Source: Prochlorococcus sp. AG-432-D11
GTDB taxonomy: Bacteria; Cyanobacteriota; Cyanobacteriia; PCC-6307; Cyanobiaceae
Direction of reading: 5' to 3'
Assembly: GCA_003212885.1 (NCBI GenBank)
Contig: QCOP01000002.1
Span: 278 to 64,277 of the forward strand
Length of the DNA: 64,000 nt
Part shown: positions 24,700 through 35,360 of the stretch, one piece after another
Numbering within the stretch: the stretch's first letter is position 1
Layout of the letters: each line of letters opens with the position of its first letter
Program-made: the position numbers and the translations under genes
The notes under the pieces: generated by a model
Database searches by the model: none
Seen by the model: the letters and a program-made list of their open reading frames with translations, nothing else
Told to the model about the DNA's origin: nothing

Positions 24700-26556
24700 T
24701 TAATCCAATTCAAACTCCTGCTTCCAGGTTTCGTCTTTTTCTGATTCTGGTTGGGCAGATTTTAATAATATTTGATTTTGCAGCACAAGCACATCCATTT
24801 CAGTTCTCATAAAGCAACGATATGCATCTTGAGGAGTACAGACAATTGGCTCTCCTCTTACATTGAAGGATGTATTGACTATCGTTGGGCAACCAGTTAA
24901 TCGTTTAAATGCACTTATGAGGTTGAAATATCGAGGATTTGTTCTTTCATTAACTGTTTGAACTCTGGCTGAATAATCAACATGTGTAATGGCTGGAAGT
25001 GAAGATCTAGGGATATTTAATTTTTCAATGCCAAAAAGCTCTTCTTGTTCTTTAGTCATTTCTTTACATAGTCCTTTTTTAACAGGAGAAACTAAAAGCA
25101 TATATGGACTTTTACTAGTCATTTCAAATTGACTTGATACGTCCTCTTCCAAAACTGATGGAGCAAATGGGCGAAAACTTTCTCGATATTTTATTTTTAA
25201 ATTCATGATACTCTGCATTTTTTGATTTCTAGGATCTCCAATAATTGATCTAGCGCCTAAAGCTCTTGGTCCAAACTCCATGGGTCCGTTAAACCATCCA
25301 ACAACCTTTCCTTCATTAAGAATTTGAGCAAGTTTTTCAAATAAGTTTTTATCTTTAAGAGTTTCGTAAGGAGCATTAATTTTTTCTAGATAAGTAATAA
25401 TTTCTTCATTTGAGTAATTTGGTCCTAGATAGGTTCCTTTCATTGAATCATTAGGATTTACTTTTCTTTCTTGCCCTAAATTCTCATACCATCCTACAAG
25501 GGCTGCTCCTAAAGCAGATCCCGCATCCCCACTTGCCGGTTGAATCCATATCTCATCAAAAATCTTTTCTTGTAAAAGCTTTCCATTAGCAACACAATTT
25601 AAAGCTACTCCTCCTGCAAGGCAAATATTTGATATCCCTGTTTCTTTACGAAGAGATCTAGCTAATTTCAATACTATTTCTTCAGTTACTTCTTGTATTG
25701 ATGAAGCTAAATCCATATGAAATTGAGTTAATTCTTTTTCACTTTCTCTAGGTGGATTATTAAAAAGTTTATGAAATTTATGACTTGTCATTCTGAAACC
25801 ACGATGAAATTTAAAATAACTAATATCTAATTTAAAGGTACCATCATCTTTTATATCTATAAGATTTTTCTTTATTAATTCTGAGTACTTAGGTTGACCA
25901 TAAGGAGCTAATCCCATTAATTTATATTCACCAGAGTTAACTTTAAAACCACAATAGTAAGTAAATGCTGAGTAAAGTAAACCCAATGAATGAGGAAAAC
26001 TTATTTCCCAAAGAGGAGTTATTTTATTTTTTTTACCTATCCATGCTGAAGTTGTAGCCCATTCTCCAACTCCATCCATACAAAGTATGACTGATTTTTC
26101 AAAAGGGCTTGGGAAAAATGCTGCGGCGGCATGAGAAAGATGATGTTCTGAAAAAAGAAGCTCAGGGATTTGACTGCTGTTTTGAGGACAAAGATTTTTT
26201 TGTAAGATTTTAAATTGTTTTTTTAGTTCTGACTTTAGAAAAAGCTTTTCTTTCAACCATACTTGCATTGCAGCGATAAATGATCTTCCTCCTCTAGGAG
26301 CTGCTCCTATGTATGTTTCTAATAATCTTTCAAATGTAAGAAGAGGCTTCTCATAATAGACAATTGAAGAAACATGACCTAGATCTATATCTTGTGAAGT
26401 TAGGCAATATTTTATTGCGTGTTTTGGGAAGCTAGAATCGTGTTTTTTTCTAGAAAATCTCTCTTCTTGCGCTGCCGCTATAATTTCGCCATCACATAGT
26501 AGTGCTGCGGCACTGTCATGATAAAAGGATGATATGCCAAGAATATAATTGGACAC
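24700..26556 (-). CDS. Carbamoyltransferase (NodU/CmcH/SxtI family)
   Basis: ILGISSFYHDSAAALLCDGEIIAAAQEERFSRKKHD, GVALNCVANG and VNTSFNVRGEPIV are present. The two-domain architecture spans the full 618 aa. Confidence 0.85.
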   Translation of the reverse strand: MSNYILGISSFYHDSAAALLCDGEIIAAAQEERFSRKKHDSSFPKHAIKYCLTSQDIDLGHVSSIVYYEKPLLTFERLLETYIGAAPRGGRSFIAAMQVWLKEKLFLKSELKKQFKILQKNLCPQNSSQIPELLFSEHHLSHAAAAFFPSPFEKSVILCMDGVGEWATTSAWIGKKNKITPLWEISFPHSLGLLYSAFTYYCGFKVNSGEYKLMGLAPYGQPKYSELIKKNLIDIKDDGTFKLDISYFKFHRGFRMTSHKFHKLFNNPPRESEKELTQFHMDLASSIQEVTEEIVLKLARSLRKETGISNICLAGGVALNCVANGKLLQEKIFDEIWIQPASGDAGSALGAALVGWYENLGQERKVNPNDSMKGTYLGPNYSNEEIITYLEKINAPYETLKDKNLFEKLAQILNEGKVVGWFNGPMEFGPRALGARSIIGDPRNQKMQSIMNLKIKYRESFRPFAPSVLEEDVSSQFEMTSKSPYMLLVSPVKKGLCKEMTKEQEELFGIEKLNIPRSSLPAITHVDYSARVQTVNERTNPRYFNLISAFKRLTGCPTIVNTSFNVRGEPIVCTPQDAYRCFMRTEMDVLVLQNQILLKSAQPESEKDETWKQEFELD

Positions 26557-26805
26557 TTTTTTAGATGCCTGTAATCTTGATTATCTTTCCATAATAAGCA
26601 TTTATTAGTCCTCTTTAGTGCAATTATTCATTATTTGGTGATCTAAAGTAATTTGTCTTTCCGAGTTTTATGTGATAACAGAAATTGATGCTTTCTTTGG
26701 ATTGCTTATATTTTTGTTAGCCAAAAAACTATTTATAGATTGCTACTATATGAATTTTGATCAAATTTTAAATTAATAGTTTTAAAAAACAGTTTACATT
26801 CTAAT

Positions 26806-27051
26806 TCACCAAAATGGATCATAGGAAAATTCTACATTAAGAACATTAGAGTTGCTTTTTGGGATATTACTTATACATGCTCTGGTGATTTTTCCATTCA
26901 CCTCAATCTCGCAAGCACCACAACTTCCAGTTAGACATCCAGTAGGGATTGCAATCCCAGCTTTCTCTGCTTCTGAAAGCCAACCTTTCCCAGGTTTTAC
27001 TAGTGAAGATTGCCCATTTGGCCAATTCACTTGTAAATACTGATTTTTCAT
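26806..27051 (-). CDS. Plant-type [2Fe-2S] ferredoxin-like protein
   Basis: CLTGSCGAC is followed by a later C (RACIS), giving the C-x4-C-x2-C...C pattern. An ATGA overlap links it to the cobQ stop. Confidence 0.7.
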   Translation of the reverse strand: MKNQYLQVNWPNGQSSLVKPGKGWLSEAEKAGIAIPTGCLTGSCGACEIEVNGKITRACISNIPKSNSNVLNVEFSYDPFW

Positions 27052-28589
27052 ATGCTTGGTAGCTTCTCTAAATTAATGTTTTTTTCTAGGGCAACGGAAA
27101 GAAGATTCATAGTTTTGTCTCTTTGTACTTTGTAATTTGGAGCATCGTTAGAAAGCTGTTTTAGTCCCTTTTGTTTCCTTAGCTGATTTATCCAAATTCT
27201 TCGCCATTTGCCATTGTCAAAGATTCCGTGAAGATAAGTTCCACCAATAGATGATCCATTAGTAGGGAAGATAATCCATCCTAATGATGGGTCATTAAAA
27301 ATTGCATTTACTTTTTCCTCAGAGTCTTTCAACAAAATGCTTTTTCCATGGTGAAGTTCAAACCCTAAAATATTTGTCTCCTGTGGCCATAGACTTTTAA
27401 CTTGACGCCTTCTGAGTGATTTTCTAGATTCAATTGTAGTTACAATTGGCAAAAGATTTAGACCATCTTGCTTTGAAACGCTTTTATTCGTATGTTCTAG
27501 ATGCATAGGATCATTGATATTCAAACCAAGCATCTGTAGGCCTCCACATATTCCAAAAATGTTACCTCCACATCGAACATAATCGATGATCTGTTTAGCC
27601 ATTCCACTCATTTTTAGTACTTCTAAATCTCTAATAGATTGCTTACTTCCAGGGATTATAATGCAATCAGGGGAGCCAATTGGCTCCCCTGGTGCAATCC
27701 AATTTATTTTTATTGTAGGTTCTATTTCAAGTGGCTCTAGATCAGAGAAATTGCTAATTGAAGGAAGCCTAATTACCGTAATTTCAATTTCAGCATATGG
27801 TTTGATTCCTTTCCTTTCAATTAGATCTAAGGAATCTTCTGATGAAAATATTTCATTAAGCCATGGCATTACTCCTAAAATAGGTATGTTTGTTTTATTT
27901 TCTAGCCAGCTTACGCCTTCATCAAATAGTGATATGTCACCTCGAAACTTGTTAATAATAATCCCTTTGATTAATTTTTTCTCATTAGGGTTTAGTAATT
28001 CTAAAGTACCCACTATCTGAGCAAACACTCCTCCTCTTTCAATGTCAGATACTAAAATGCAATCTGCATCTAGATATTTAGCAAGTCGTAAATTCGTTAA
28101 GTCTTTATGTTGAAGGTTGATTTCAACTGGACTACCTGCACCTTCAATAACAAGTCTTCCATCTTTATAAGTTTGTTCTATTTTTTTAAGCCCTTTTTTT
28201 ATTGCTTCCCATCCTGGATTAAACCAATTTTGATAATAATTCTTAGCTGATGTTGTGCCAACGCTTTTGCCTAGGTGAATTACTTCGCTTATACAGTCTC
28301 CTTTGGGTTTTAATAGAATTGGATTCATAGCATGCATTGGTTCTATTTCAGCTGCCCATGCTTGCACCGCCTGCGAATAAGCCATCTCTTTGCCTTCATA
28401 GTCAACCCAAGCGTTATTACTCATGTTTTGGCCTTTAAAGGGGATTGGGTTGAATCCCCTATGTTTAAGTGCTCGGCAGAAAGCTGTTGAAATTAATGAT
28501 TTACCAGAACCGCTAGAAGTCCCCAAAATCATTAAGGGCTTGGAATTACTTTTATGATTCACTGGAATAAGAACTTTCGTGATATCCAA
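27048..28589 (-). CDS. cobQ: Cobyric acid synthase
   Basis: It has MILGTSSGSGKS, a P-loop-like N-terminus. The C-terminal GATase domain carries GICGGLQMLG and YLHGIF. The true start may be the internal ATG near 28532. Confidence 0.85.
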   Translation of the reverse strand: MDITKVLIPVNHKSNSKPLMILGTSSGSGKSLISTAFCRALKHRGFNPIPFKGQNMSNNAWVDYEGKEMAYSQAVQAWAAEIEPMHAMNPILLKPKGDCISEVIHLGKSVGTTSAKNYYQNWFNPGWEAIKKGLKKIEQTYKDGRLVIEGAGSPVEINLQHKDLTNLRLAKYLDADCILVSDIERGGVFAQIVGTLELLNPNEKKLIKGIIINKFRGDISLFDEGVSWLENKTNIPILGVMPWLNEIFSSEDSLDLIERKGIKPYAEIEITVIRLPSISNFSDLEPLEIEPTIKINWIAPGEPIGSPDCIIIPGSKQSIRDLEVLKMSGMAKQIIDYVRCGGNIFGICGGLQMLGLNINDPMHLEHTNKSVSKQDGLNLLPIVTTIESRKSLRRRQVKSLWPQETNILGFELHHGKSILLKDSEEKVNAIFNDPSLGWIIFPTNGSSIGGTYLHGIFDNGKWRRIWINQLRKQKGLKQLSNDAPNYKVQRDKTMNLLSVALEKNINLEKLPSI

Positions 28590-28933
28590 GTTTTTAATCT
28601 TTCAAAATTGTTCGTTTCATTTAAATTATAGATTTCTTTATTTTCAAGAATTACCCTTCCGAGGGGAGTAAGGCGGACTTTAGAAGTCAGTCCTTGTCCA
28701 TCTACTTCTCTCCTTAATACTCCAAGGGTAATTAACCATCGAAACTCAGATTCTATTTTTTCAGATGTTTTGAAGGGATTTAGATTTCTGTCGATGTAAG
28801 TTTTTTGATATTTTAAAACATCTAAAGAACTTAACCCAATACTATTACTATCTCTAAAAAATAGTTGATTTAATAAGCTATATCGCATTGCATTTGCGCT
28901 TCTTTTGAGGATTTTTTTACTAATTATATTCAT
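28559..28933 (-). CDS. Conserved hypothetical protein
   Basis: This 124-aa ORF lies upstream of cobQ. I recognised no family. Confidence 0.5.
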   Translation of the reverse strand: MNIISKKILKRSANAMRYSLLNQLFFRDSNSIGLSSLDVLKYQKTYIDRNLNPFKTSEKIESEFRWLITLGVLRREVDGQGLTSKVRLTPLGRVILENKEIYNLNETNNFERLKTWISRKFLFQ

Positions 28934-29012
28934 TATTAGGATTTTGAACTAGAAAAAGTTGTTTTTTTGATTTAAGGAGATACATTTTTGATGACATCTT
29001 ATTTGATTTAAA

Positions 29013-29630
29013 TTGCTTGTCCTAGCCTCTAAGTCTATCGCGCGTCAAGGTTTACTCAATCAGGTTGGGATAAATCATAAAGTAATGCCTAGTGATATAG
29101 ATGAGGATACCTATAAAAATGAAAATATTATAGATTTGGTTCAAGATCTTGCAAATGCTAAGGCTAAAAAGGTTGCTGAAAAACTTTTAAAATGTGATTT
29201 AAATTCCTTTGACCTAAGACAAATAGAATCAGTTTTAGGATGTGATTCTATGTTTGAAGTTCAAGGAAAGTTTTTTGGCAAACCTAAAAATCATGAAGAA
29301 GCAATAGAGCGACTAATAATGATCTCTGCAAATACAGGAATTCTTCATACTGGTCATTGCTTACTTTATAGAAAAAAAACTAAGGATAAAGTAGGAGGAT
29401 CAGTTTTTAGTTACTCATTTAAAAAAGTTGTTAGTACTAAAATTCATTTTTCCGAAATGAGTCTTGTAGATATTAAAAAGTATGTTTCCACTAGAGAACC
29501 TTTGGGATGTGCAGGTGGATTTTCTTTGGACGGAAATGGAGCTAGATTTATAGAATCTATAGAAGGTTGTTTTAGTAATGTGATTGGAATCAGTTTGCCA
29601 TGGCTTAATAAAGTAATAAATCAAATATAA
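29013..29630 (+). CDS. maf: Maf-like nucleoside-triphosphate pyrophosphatase
   Basis: It starts with TTG. LVLASKSIARQGLLNQVGINHKVMPSDIDE and GCAGGFSLDG fit the Maf family. Confidence 0.8.
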   Translation: MLVLASKSIARQGLLNQVGINHKVMPSDIDEDTYKNENIIDLVQDLANAKAKKVAEKLLKCDLNSFDLRQIESVLGCDSMFEVQGKFFGKPKNHEEAIERLIMISANTGILHTGHCLLYRKKTKDKVGGSVFSYSFKKVVSTKIHFSEMSLVDIKKYVSTREPLGCAGGFSLDGNGARFIESIEGCFSNVIGISLPWLNKVINQI

Positions 29631-29640
29631 ATATAAAAAA

Positions 29641-29671
29641 AGAAGCTCTCAACTTATTGTTGAGAGCTTCT
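29641..29671. terminator. Bidirectional rho-independent terminator between maf and psbC
   Basis: A 13-bp perfect stem pairs agaagctctcaac with gttgagagcttct around a 5-nt loop. An A7 run lies on one side and a T-rich run on the other. Confidence 0.8.
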
Positions 29672-29704
29672 TATTTGTTTAACTAAGAAACTAATTAATT
29701 GAAA

Positions 29705-31087
29705 TTAATCAAGATCTGCCATTGATAATGCAGGCTCGTTATTTCTATCAATTCCTTTTTCAAAACCAGCTGCAGCTGCTCTTGCTCTTCCTGCGTGCCA
29801 TAAATGACCTATGAATGTAAACCATCCAAGGAAAAACTGTGCAGAAGCAAGCCATTGACGAAGATTAACAAAGTTAACTGCGTTAGGCTCGGTAATGATT
29901 CCACCAACAGAGTTGATAGAAGCGTTTGGAGCATGAGTCATATATTCAGCAGCTCGACGAACTTGCCAAGGCTGAATATCATTTTGAATCTTATCTAGAC
30001 TCAGACCATTAGGTCCTCTAAGAGGTTCAAGCCAAGGTCCTCTGAAATCCCAGAAACGCATGGTTTCGCCTCCAAAGATAATTTCTCCAGTAGGAGAGCG
30101 CATGAGATATTTACCAAGACCAGTTGGTCCCATAGCAGTACCTACATTTGCGCCAATTCTTTGATCTCTAACTAAGAATGTGAAGCTCTGAGCTTGAGAT
30201 GCTTCGGCATTAGTTGGACCATAGAATTCAGATGGATAAGCAGTGTTGTTGAACCAAATAAATGTTGAAGCAACAAAACTTGCTACACAAATACCACCCA
30301 ATGCATAACTGAGCAGTCCCTCTCCATTCCAGATAAAGGCTCTTCTAGCCCATCCAAATGGTTGAGTAAATATATGAAATAGACCACCGAGAACTTCGAT
30401 GACACCAACATAAATGTGGCCGCCAACTATATCCTCCATGGAATTAACACCAACCATCCAACCTCCTCCACCCCAAGGGGTTTGAAGTAGGTATCCAAAA
30501 ATAACTCTAGGATCAAGAGTTGGATTGATTAGTCTTACTTCTCCTCCACCGGGAGCCCATGTGTCATAAGCTCCGCCGATGTACATCCAGTTGATGGACC
30601 AAGCAAGAGCACCAACTCCAAGAACGATGAGATGAAAACCAAGGATATTAGTCATTTGATTTTTATCTCTCCAGTCTGTGGAGAAGAATGGGAAAGCTTC
30701 TTCTAATTTTTCTGGTCCAGCCAATGAATGGTAAATACCTCCAAAACCTAGGATTCCAGATGCAATTAGATGAACAACACCTGCTGCAAAAAATGGATAG
30801 ATGTCTGTAACTTCTCCACCAGGACCAATCCCATAGCCAAACATTGCAACGTGAGGCATGCAAATTAATCCTTGCTCCCACATTGGTTTGTCAAATGTGA
30901 AATGACTCACTTCATAAAGCATCATGGCACCGGCCCAGAAAACAATCAGGCCTGCATGAGCTATGTGTGCTCCAAGTAATTTTCCAGAGAGATTGATTAG
31001 ACGAGCATTGCCTACATACCAGGCATAGCCTGTCTCTTCAATACTTTGGTTAGGAGCCTTTAATAGGTTATTAAAGGGCGTTTCCAC
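29705..31087 (-). CDS. psbC: Photosystem II CP43 reaction-centre protein
   Basis: The protein is CP43 over its full length. I set the start at GTG 31087 ([13 protein letters not shown]..), which overlaps the psbD 3' end by 17 nt, as is typical for psbDC. Confidence 0.93.
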   Translation of the reverse strand: METPFNNLLKAPNQSIEETGYAWYVGNARLINLSGKLLGAHIAHAGLIVFWAGAMMLYEVSHFTFDKPMWEQGLICMPHVAMFGYGIGPGGEVTDIYPFFAAGVVHLIASGILGFGGIYHSLAGPEKLEEAFPFFSTDWRDKNQMTNILGFHLIVLGVGALAWSINWMYIGGAYDTWAPGGGEVRLINPTLDPRVIFGYLLQTPWGGGGWMVGVNSMEDIVGGHIYVGVIEVLGGLFHIFTQPFGWARRAFIWNGEGLLSYALGGICVASFVASTFIWFNNTAYPSEFYGPTNAEASQAQSFTFLVRDQRIGANVGTAMGPTGLGKYLMRSPTGEIIFGGETMRFWDFRGPWLEPLRGPNGLSLDKIQNDIQPWQVRRAAEYMTHAPNASINSVGGIITEPNAVNFVNLRQWLASAQFFLGWFTFIGHLWHAGRARAAAAGFEKGIDRNNEPALSMADLD

Positions 31088-32147
31088 GTGGGAGTACCTC
31101 CTCAGGGAATACAAAATTTTCGTGTGGTTGATCCACAGAAGACATCCAAGCTCTCATACCTTCGTTTAAAAGTATGTTTTTGGTATAAAACGTTTCAAAC
31201 TCTGGATCTTCTGCAGCACGAATTTCTTGACTTACAAAGTCATATGCTCTCAAGTTCAAGGCAAGACCAACAATTCCAATAGAAGAAGTCCACATACCCA
31301 TTACAGGTACGAAGAGCATCAGGAAGTGAAGGAAACGCTTGTTTGAGAAAGCTATACCAAAGATTTGACTCCAGAAACGATTAGCAGTGACCATTGAATA
31401 GGTCTCTTCTTCCTGGGTAGGATCAAAAGCTCTGAAAGTTGAACTTTGTACCTTGCCTTCAGAGTAGATGCTTGTATCTTCATAGAGAGTGTTTTGCACA
31501 GTTGCACCATGTATGGCGCATAGCAGTGCTCCTCCAAGAATCCCAGCAACACCCATCATGTGGAAAGGATTCAAAGTAATATTATGGAAGCCTTGAATGA
31601 AGAGGATGTAGCGGAATATTGCAGCAACTCCAAATGAAGGAGCAAAGAACCAACTATGTTGGCCAAGTGGATAAATTAGGAAAACACTTGTAAATACTGC
31701 AATTACAGCTGAAAAAGCAAGAGCGTTGTATGGACGAATGCCAACTAGTCTTGCAATTTCAAACTGACGAAGCATGAAACCTATAAGACTGAATACACCG
31801 TGGAGTGCAACAAAATTCCATAGGCCTCCAAGCTGGAGCCATCTGACTAAACTTCCTTGAGCCTCAGGTCCCCAAAGGAAGAGAAGACTGTGGCCCATAG
31901 CATCGCCAGGAGTGCTAACGGCAGCTGTAAGGAAATTGCATCCTTCAAGATAAGAACTTGCAACACCATGGGTATACCAAGAAGTTACAAAGGTTGTGCC
32001 TAGGAACCATCCCCCTATAGCCAAATAGGCAGTAGGGAATAGAAGAAGACCAGACCAACCAACAAATACGAATCGGTCGCGCTTTAGCCAGTCATCGAGG
32101 GTGTCAAACCACCCTCTTTCTGGTACGCGTCCAACAGCGATCGTCAT
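31071..32147 (-). CDS. psbD: Photosystem II D2 protein
   Basis: [33 protein letters not shown] is the D2 N-terminus. The start is the internal ATG at 32147. The ORF-track extension to 32291 is not D2 sequence. Confidence 0.95.
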   Translation of the reverse strand: MTIAVGRVPERGWFDTLDDWLKRDRFVFVGWSGLLLFPTAYLAIGGWFLGTTFVTSWYTHGVASSYLEGCNFLTAAVSTPGDAMGHSLLFLWGPEAQGSLVRWLQLGGLWNFVALHGVFSLIGFMLRQFEIARLVGIRPYNALAFSAVIAVFTSVFLIYPLGQHSWFFAPSFGVAAIFRYILFIQGFHNITLNPFHMMGVAGILGGALLCAIHGATVQNTLYEDTSIYSEGKVQSSTFRAFDPTQEEETYSMVTANRFWSQIFGIAFSNKRFLHFLMLFVPVMGMWTSSIGIVGLALNLRAYDFVSQEIRAAEDPEFETFYTKNILLNEGMRAWMSSVDQPHENFVFPEEVLPRGNAL

Positions 32148-32324
32148 GAGAGGAACGTTGCTGAGAATATGTGAATACCGTGGGACTTTAACAATTCCTG
32201 ATGGATGACGGGGAATATTTTTATCAGATGAAATCGGTTGTTGTATTGCTAAATAGTCCAAAAAACTAATTTTTGGTAATTTTTGGACCAACTTGTAAGA
32301 GAATATTCTTGTCTAATTCAAGTC

Positions 32325-32906
32325 ATGTCAGTAAAAAAACAGGAAAGCTCAAAGATGGAAAATCCTTCAGAAACCTATCTTGAACAAAGTATTAAGGGTT
32401 CTAGAAAAATTTCAAATTATTTTGTTGCGAGCTCCCTAACTATTGGAGGTATAGGTTTTTCTCTTGCTTCTTTATCAAGTTACTTTGGTAAGAATTTTTT
32501 ACCTTTGGGCAATCCTTCCAGTTTGATTTTTGTCCCACAAGGTTTGATTATGGGTTTGTATGGCATTGCTGGAAGCTTGTTGGCTATATATCTTTGGAAC
32601 CTTGTGGTTGTTGATTTTGGATCTGGCTTTAACACTTTTGATAAGGGAACTGGACAGCTAGTGCTTTCACGAAGAGGATTTTTTAAAGAAATTTTAGTCG
32701 AAATCGATCTTAAAGATATTAAGGCTGTAAAGCTTGATATTCGTGAAGGCCTTAATGCAAAAAGGAGAATCTGTTTAAGAATTCAGGGAAGGAAAGATAT
32801 TCCTATAACTCCTGCAGGGCCTCCATCACCCTTGCTTGATTTAGAGCAGGAAGGTGCAGAATTAGCGAGATTCTTAAATGTGAATCTAGAAGGACTGCCA
32901 TCTTAG
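32325..32906 (+). CDS. ycf4: Photosystem I assembly protein Ycf4
   Basis: [30 protein letters not shown]...[15 protein letters not shown] fits Ycf4. The start is uncertain (32325 or 32355). Confidence 0.85.
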   Translation: MSVKKQESSKMENPSETYLEQSIKGSRKISNYFVASSLTIGGIGFSLASLSSYFGKNFLPLGNPSSLIFVPQGLIMGLYGIAGSLLAIYLWNLVVVDFGSGFNTFDKGTGQLVLSRRGFFKEILVEIDLKDIKAVKLDIREGLNAKRRICLRIQGRKDIPITPAGPPSPLLDLEQEGAELARFLNVNLEGLPS

Positions 32907-32924
32907 AATTTTATATACAAAAAA

Positions 32925-33602
32925 ATGATTTTATCCAGAAAAAAAAATAAGTACTTCTTTTTCTGGATCGTTATTTGTTTATTAATTGTAGGTTGTAAGC
33001 AGTCTAATAAAAATATTCAAAACAGAGCTTGTGAATCACAAACTTTTAAGTGTTTAAATGATAAAAAACAAATTAAAATGACTACAAATAAAGGTACGGT
33101 AATTATAGAAGTTAATGGATTAGAGGCTCCATTGACTTCAGGAAATTTCAATGATTTAGTTAGTAGAGGTTTTTATAATCAAATAAAATTTCATAGAGTA
33201 ATTAGAGATTCATCATTTAAACTTATTCAAGCGGGAGATCCTATGTCATTTAAATTAAATGCAAATGACTTAGACCTTGGGAAAGGATATTATATTGAAG
33301 AGCAAACTGGATATGCAAGATTTATTCCATTGGAAATAAAACTAAGGAATGAGAATATGCCTAGATATAATACTACTATTACTAATGTAATAGACCAAAA
33401 AAATATTTCATTGCTAAATAAGAGAGGAGCAATAGGCTTGTTAAGATCTAAGGCTATAAACTCTGGAAGTTCACAGTTTTATTTTGCTTTAACTGATTTG
33501 CCAGAACTTGATGGAAGATATGCCGTGTTTGGCAAGGTTATAAAGGGGCTTGATGTTTTAGATAGGATTAATGAAGGAGATGTAGTTATTGAAATTAAGT
33601 AA
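32925..33602 (+). CDS. Cyclophilin-type peptidyl-prolyl isomerase, probable lipoprotein
   Basis: It has an LLIVGC lipobox. GNFNDLVSRGFYNQIKFHRVI and GSSQFYFALTDLPELDGRYAVFGKVIKG are present. Confidence 0.8.
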   Translation: MILSRKKNKYFFFWIVICLLIVGCKQSNKNIQNRACESQTFKCLNDKKQIKMTTNKGTVIIEVNGLEAPLTSGNFNDLVSRGFYNQIKFHRVIRDSSFKLIQAGDPMSFKLNANDLDLGKGYYIEEQTGYARFIPLEIKLRNENMPRYNTTITNVIDQKNISLLNKRGAIGLLRSKAINSGSSQFYFALTDLPELDGRYAVFGKVIKGLDVLDRINEGDVVIEIK

Positions 33603-33625
33603 TTTTCAGGCTTTCTCTATTGATT

Positions 33626-34156
33626 TTATGCTGGAAGAGTAATCCCTTTGCTGCTAGTTTTAAGCATTTCAGTATTGACACCTGATTCTCTTTCAAGAGC
33701 TATTTTCCCTGTTCTTGCAATTTCAAGAATCCCATAAGGATTTAAAAGCTTTTCAAGAGCTACTAGTTTTCCAGGATCTCCTACAACCTCAAGTGTTAAG
33801 GCTTTGTCTGAAACATCAACCACTTTAGCCCTAAAAATTTGAACAAGATCTAATATTTCCTGCCTTTGATTACATGGCGCATTTACTTTCAGGAGCATTA
33901 GTTCTCTTTCTACTGCTGGAAGCCCAGTTAAATTTAGAACTTTCAGTATGTTTACAAGCTTGTCAAGTTGTTTAGACATCTGCTGAAGAGTTTGGTCGTC
34001 TCCTTCTACAACCATGGTTAGCCTTGAAATACCTTCAGATTCAGCTGGGCCAACAGCCAAGCTTTCAATGTTAAAACCTCTTCTTGCAAATAGACCAGAG
34101 ATCCTACTTAGAGCTCCAGATTGATCTTCAACAAGTACGGAAAGAGTGTGCTTCAT
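33626..34156 (-). CDS. ilvH: Acetolactate synthase small (regulatory) subunit
   Basis: [39 protein letters not shown] shows the ACT domain. The protein is a full-length match to the family pattern. Confidence 0.9.
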   Translation of the reverse strand: MKHTLSVLVEDQSGALSRISGLFARRGFNIESLAVGPAESEGISRLTMVVEGDDQTLQQMSKQLDKLVNILKVLNLTGLPAVERELMLLKVNAPCNQRQEILDLVQIFRAKVVDVSDKALTLEVVGDPGKLVALEKLLNPYGILEIARTGKIALERESGVNTEMLKTSSKGITLPA

Positions 34157-34160
34157 ATTT

Positions 34161-35114
34161 TTATATTATTTTGGCTTGTAGATCAAGCCAATTTAAGACT
34201 GATCTATTGAAAATATCAGGACATTCGTCATGAGGACAATGCCCAGAAGAATTAATTAAAAATAAGTCAATCCAAGGATGCAATTTTTTAAGATTTTTAG
34301 CTACAAAAAAAGGAACAAGTCTGTCTTCTTTCCCCCAAATCAGCAGAATTGGGCGTCGGTTGGGTGAGTCTCTTATGAGTTTTAATAGTTCAGGAGCAGT
34401 GTCCTCTTTTTTTCTTGATGACATTCCAATACACATAGATCTTAGCGCCCTGGCTGCTGAACTTCTTTCCGCAGGGTGCTTTACTATCCTTTTTAAATCA
34501 TAGTCCAATTTGATATTTTTTTTGTAGGCAAATTGTAGCGCAATATTTAGTAATTTTGATTTTGTTATTATTGGCAGAATAATTTCTAATGGCAAAAGTT
34601 TGAAGAAATATTTAATAAAGAATAGATTTAACTTTTTTAAGAAATTTGGTAGCTTTATATTAGATTTTCCCATTAGAGATGGATCTGCTAAAGGAGCTGC
34701 TATGACGGCAGATACAAGCTCTTGATTATAAGCAAGTGTCGTTATAGCTGTTAGAGAACCCAGAGAATTCCCAATTAGAACTGTTTTATTATTTAAATCT
34801 GATTTAATAATTTCCTTAAGGAAAGCAGCTACTTGATTTGACCAGACCTTGTTGTCTAATTGATTCAATTTTTTAGGTTTAGGTTGCTCTGAAGATCCAA
34901 ACCCAATTAGATCTAACCCATAAACTCTGAATCCAGCAGATACAAAGAAATTGGCATTGTTTCTCCAGTGCTTGCTGCAAGCTCCAAAGCCATGAAGCAG
35001 AAGAATTGTTTTTTTGTGTTCTTTTCCTAATACTCGCCAGTGGCACGAAATCCCTTGCCAAGACCAGTATTTTTTTTCTCCCCAATCAGGATTTGCATTA
35101 AGCTTCAAGCTCAT
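34161..35114 (-). CDS. Alpha/beta-fold hydrolase
   Basis: [16 protein letters not shown], the nucleophile elbow GNSLGS and C-terminal GHCPHDE are present. Confidence 0.75.
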   Translation of the reverse strand: MSLKLNANPDWGEKKYWSWQGISCHWRVLGKEHKKTILLLHGFGACSKHWRNNANFFVSAGFRVYGLDLIGFGSSEQPKPKKLNQLDNKVWSNQVAAFLKEIIKSDLNNKTVLIGNSLGSLTAITTLAYNQELVSAVIAAPLADPSLMGKSNIKLPNFLKKLNLFFIKYFFKLLPLEIILPIITKSKLLNIALQFAYKKNIKLDYDLKRIVKHPAERSSAARALRSMCIGMSSRKKEDTAPELLKLIRDSPNRRPILLIWGKEDRLVPFFVAKNLKKLHPWIDLFLINSSGHCPHDECPDIFNRSVLNWLDLQAKII

Positions 35115-35201
35115 TGTTTTTTCGAATGTAGGTTTTTAAATAGATTTGTTGGGGATTTAAATGCTAGGGGTTTAAATAGTTAGATGATATAGATTATTAC
35201 T

Positions 35202-35300
35202 ATGGCTTCTGAGATTTTTGGCACTGCTGCAATTTTCTGGGTTTTAATACCAGTTGGACTAGCTGGCGGAGCCCTCTTGCTAAAACTTCAGGGAGATTAA
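35202..35300 (+). CDS. petM: Cytochrome b6-f complex subunit 7 (PetM), 32 aa, missing from the ORF track
   Basis: My own translation gives [32 protein letters not shown], the characteristic PetM sequence. Confidence 0.8.
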   Translation: MASEIFGTAAIFWVLIPVGLAGGALLLKLQGD

Positions 35301-35360
35301 ATTTCTCTCACGATGTTGAGCACTTCCCTTTAAGATCCTTTTTTGGTAATGACCTAAGGT

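Noticed and set aside
23066-31552. Embedded antisense or alternative-frame ORFs: 23066..23254, 24540..24812, 26852..27043, 27586..28020, 29415..29624, 29804..29998, 30663..30881, 31088..31282, 31352..31552
   Set aside because: Each lies inside a longer ORF with clear family motifs (SGNH, carbamoyltransferase, ferredoxin, cobQ, maf, psbC, psbD).
32148-32291. N-terminal extensions of psbD (to 32291) and psbC (to 31114), and the first 14 codons of the ycf4 ORF
   Set aside because: The extensions do not resemble D2, CP43 or Ycf4 N-termini. Canonical N-terminal sequences begin at the internal starts.
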